The notes beneath the pieces were generated by a model, which was given only the letters and a program-made list of their open reading frames with translations, did no database searches and was not told the origin of the DNA. DNA of 64,000 bases from Mytilus edulis (lineage: Eukaryota), in contig NC_092349.1 in NCBI RefSeq assembly GCF_963676685.1, positions 59,706,001-59,770,000 on the forward strand, written 5' to 3'. Positions within the stretch are counted from its first letter, which is position 1. Every line of letters starts with the position of its first letter. Below, one piece after another: positions 61,351 through 64,000 of this stretch. Both the position numbers and the translations under genes were made by a program.

Positions 61351-64000
61351 ATACAATATGTAAGATACATTTTGCACATTTTTCTGATAATTTGATTAGT
61401 TGAGCTGTAGTAAGACGGTCATTTAAGGCAAACGAACAATCTCCTTTGAATGATTCCAATATGCCATTATTTTTTATCTTGAATATATAGTAACACATAT
61501 ATCTCAAATCTCTCTTGTTAACCATAGGAACCGATATTTTCTTATTCCAAATCATAAGGAAACATACAAAAGCGATCTTTCGAGCCCAAGCTTTACTAGG
61601 TTTTGGGAATTATGTTTTCCTCTACTAAAACTAGCTATAAAACTTTCAAAGTATACACAAATCGTGATCTAATGATTGTCTTCATGTCTTATTTATAAAA
61701 CACCATACACGCTATTTTAATTACATGGTTTGAAATGTTCGTAAATAAATCATTCATCTTCAATACTACACATTTATGTACTAAAATCAAGACGAGATAA
61801 TGATAGTGAAACATAACAATATATATGTGCATGGATAACTTTAATACCGAATCGTTCCACAGTTGCAAATTGATGTAATTTACGATTAGCAAAATGTTTG
61901 ATTATGATCAGGATGATGTGTTTTTATTGTATTTGCCTCATCAGTCTACAATCTCTATTGACTTCGTTCGTATTTAAATGTTTAATCTAAAAGAAATCTT
62001 TTACTAAATAAGGGTTATGCAAACTACTTTATTAATCAGTATCGCGTTATGTTGTGATGCAGTGATTTGTAAGTTGACCCTCAGTAAGTTTTTTTTTTAA
62101 ATTCAATGATAGAATAAATTATTTCAAAACTGTTCTTTTAATTGCAAAGTCATAATTGACCAAAACTTATCTTTTGAATAACAAAAAGCAATTACGAGTT
62201 TGTTTCTTTCAGTTTCAAGAAACATGTTAGGTTTTTTAATACTATATTTAATATAAAACGAAGACGTGGTATGATTGCCAATGAGTCACTCATGACAAAA
62301 TGACACAGAAATTAACAACTACAAGTCATCATATGGACTTCAATAATGAGCAAAGCACATACACAGCTGTAAAAAGCCCCGAAATGACAAATGTAAAACT
62401 ATTTAAACAAGAAAAAACTAACGGCCTAACTAATGTATAAAAAATGACAGAAAAACAAATATGTAACACAGCAACAAACGTCAACCACAGAATTACAGCT
62501 TCCTGATTTTGGACATGCACATACATACAAGATGTGTTGGGGTTGTACCTGGTAGCGGGATCCCAAATCTCCTCTAACCTTAAACAGTATTGTAACCGTA
62601 CAAAATAAAAACGAACTATGAAATTCAGTTGAAAAAGTACGTTTTATGATTCATTTCTGATGCTTAGGAAATAGTGTCTTTTGTTCAGGTTTACACAGAC
62701 AAGAGTAAAAAAATAAAGCAAATGAATATAATTTGTTTGCAATGTATATGACAATAATGATAAACATGTATCAGGTACGCTAAAGACTAAAAGTATGAAA
62801 GTCATTTATAAATTATTTATTAATAATTCATAATTCATTTATAAATTTAAATTGGAAAAAAGAAAACAGACACACACAGCGGAAATAACATGACCTCAAA
62901 AGAAGCGAGTTTTGGTTAGTCGACACAGCTTTTTTTATCTTCCCCTGACCAATCGATGCATCTCCTGTCTTGCGAATCAACACTCCGTAGACATGTCACA
63001 AATCTGTAGCATAGATTTGAGTTTCTAAGGCAAGAATACACTCGTACTTATGAACTAGTCAACGGCCTTCACTACATGAAATTTTTGGCATTTAAAAAAA
63101 AAACCTGTTAGTTCTTCAACCGTTTTTTTTTTTGTTTTTTGGTTACTTACAAACATATACTAGTATTTTATAAATCATGTGAGCGGTATGAATCAGGTGT
63201 AAGTAAAAAGAACAAAACAAATAAGACTTGAATAATGCAATGTATGTGTAGCTGTCACCAAAGAATGTTGAAAAGAAACATTTAGAAGCCAGTGATAGAT
63301 AAATGCTAAGTAACATTACGTCCTATACCACGTCTATATTTTATAAATGGATTTTTCTGTTAGTGAACAACAAAGTTCAACCTGGCATATCTAACCTTCT
63401 TTAAAGAGGATAGTTGGTTTTTGGCAATGACGGCATAAAGTTAAACAGAATACAACTCCTCTTCTGATTATTGTATGTGACAGTGATTTTAATCTATTGA
63501 CAGTAGTATCTGAAATTGTAGCCATTTTGTTGCACTTGATCGGTTGAAATATAAGTTGCAATATTTGATAGAAATACAGATACATGATAAGTAATCGAAC
63601 AAAGGTTTTTTTACATGTTTTACATAAAGTGAAGACTAGTATTATTATAGATTTGTTCAGTTATATAATGTCAAATTTACATGTAAAAAGTACATTTTAA
63701 ATGGTTTTAAATGTATTTCTTACGTAAACGCACTTAATATTTAATAAACAGTTATAGTTTTAAAGTATAGTTAACAAAACTTGTAAGATCTATACATTTG
63801 TTGTACATGTGAACGAATTGAATAGTAAAACATCAATGTTACCATTTGTCGGATTGCTGTGTTGCTTTTGATAAAGTAAGTGTAATTCATTTTCATTAAC
63901 AATAAGCCAATGATATATTGGTTTAGGATTAAAAAGGAAATAGTTCAAAATCAATTATAACTTAAAAATTAAAAAAACTAATTAAAAAACACATTCTCTT

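Noticed and set aside
62900-63540. Possible exons of a minus-strand gene entering from the right (…CLTLCRHCQKP…; …CYRFVTCLRS…CIDWSGEDKKSCVD)
   Set aside because: No recognisable domain, and I could not join the pieces in a consistent phase; needs RNA-seq or the next window.

Overview
AT-rich, intron-rich animal DNA; repeat families and gene content point to a bivalve, most likely a mussel (Mytilus; inference). I assembled five spliced host genes by hand from GT-AG boundaries and frame continuity. (1) Minus-strand Mind-bomb-like gene (26-16112, runs off the left edge) with five tandem exon-encoded copies of a degenerate MIB/HERC2 module before a ZZ zinc finger. (2) Minus-strand 9-exon serine/aspartate racemase-family gene (28135-38162, 327 aa). 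(3) Plus-strand 8-exon matrix metalloproteinase without a hemopexin domain (40450-49220, 321 aa). (4) Minus-strand secreted His-rich four-EF-hand protein (51021-54729, 144 aa). (5) Head-to-head with it, 352 bp between ATGs, a secreted 10-Cys prokineticin/colipase-fold protein (55082-60580, 108 aa). Mobile DNA: a near-intact Penelope-like element with N-terminal GIY-YIG (Naiad type) plus many fragments, a decayed DIRS element with ITRs and ICR, 5'-truncated Tx1/L1 and CR1/L2-group LINEs, Helentron-associated HINEs and MITEs. The main non-coding signal is a ~350-bp tandem array with four minimal type I hammerhead ribozyme motifs (non-LTR retrozyme), sense-oriented in racemase intron 7; a related family gives solo hammerheads elsewhere. 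Most short ORFs in the supplied track are spurious or partial exons.
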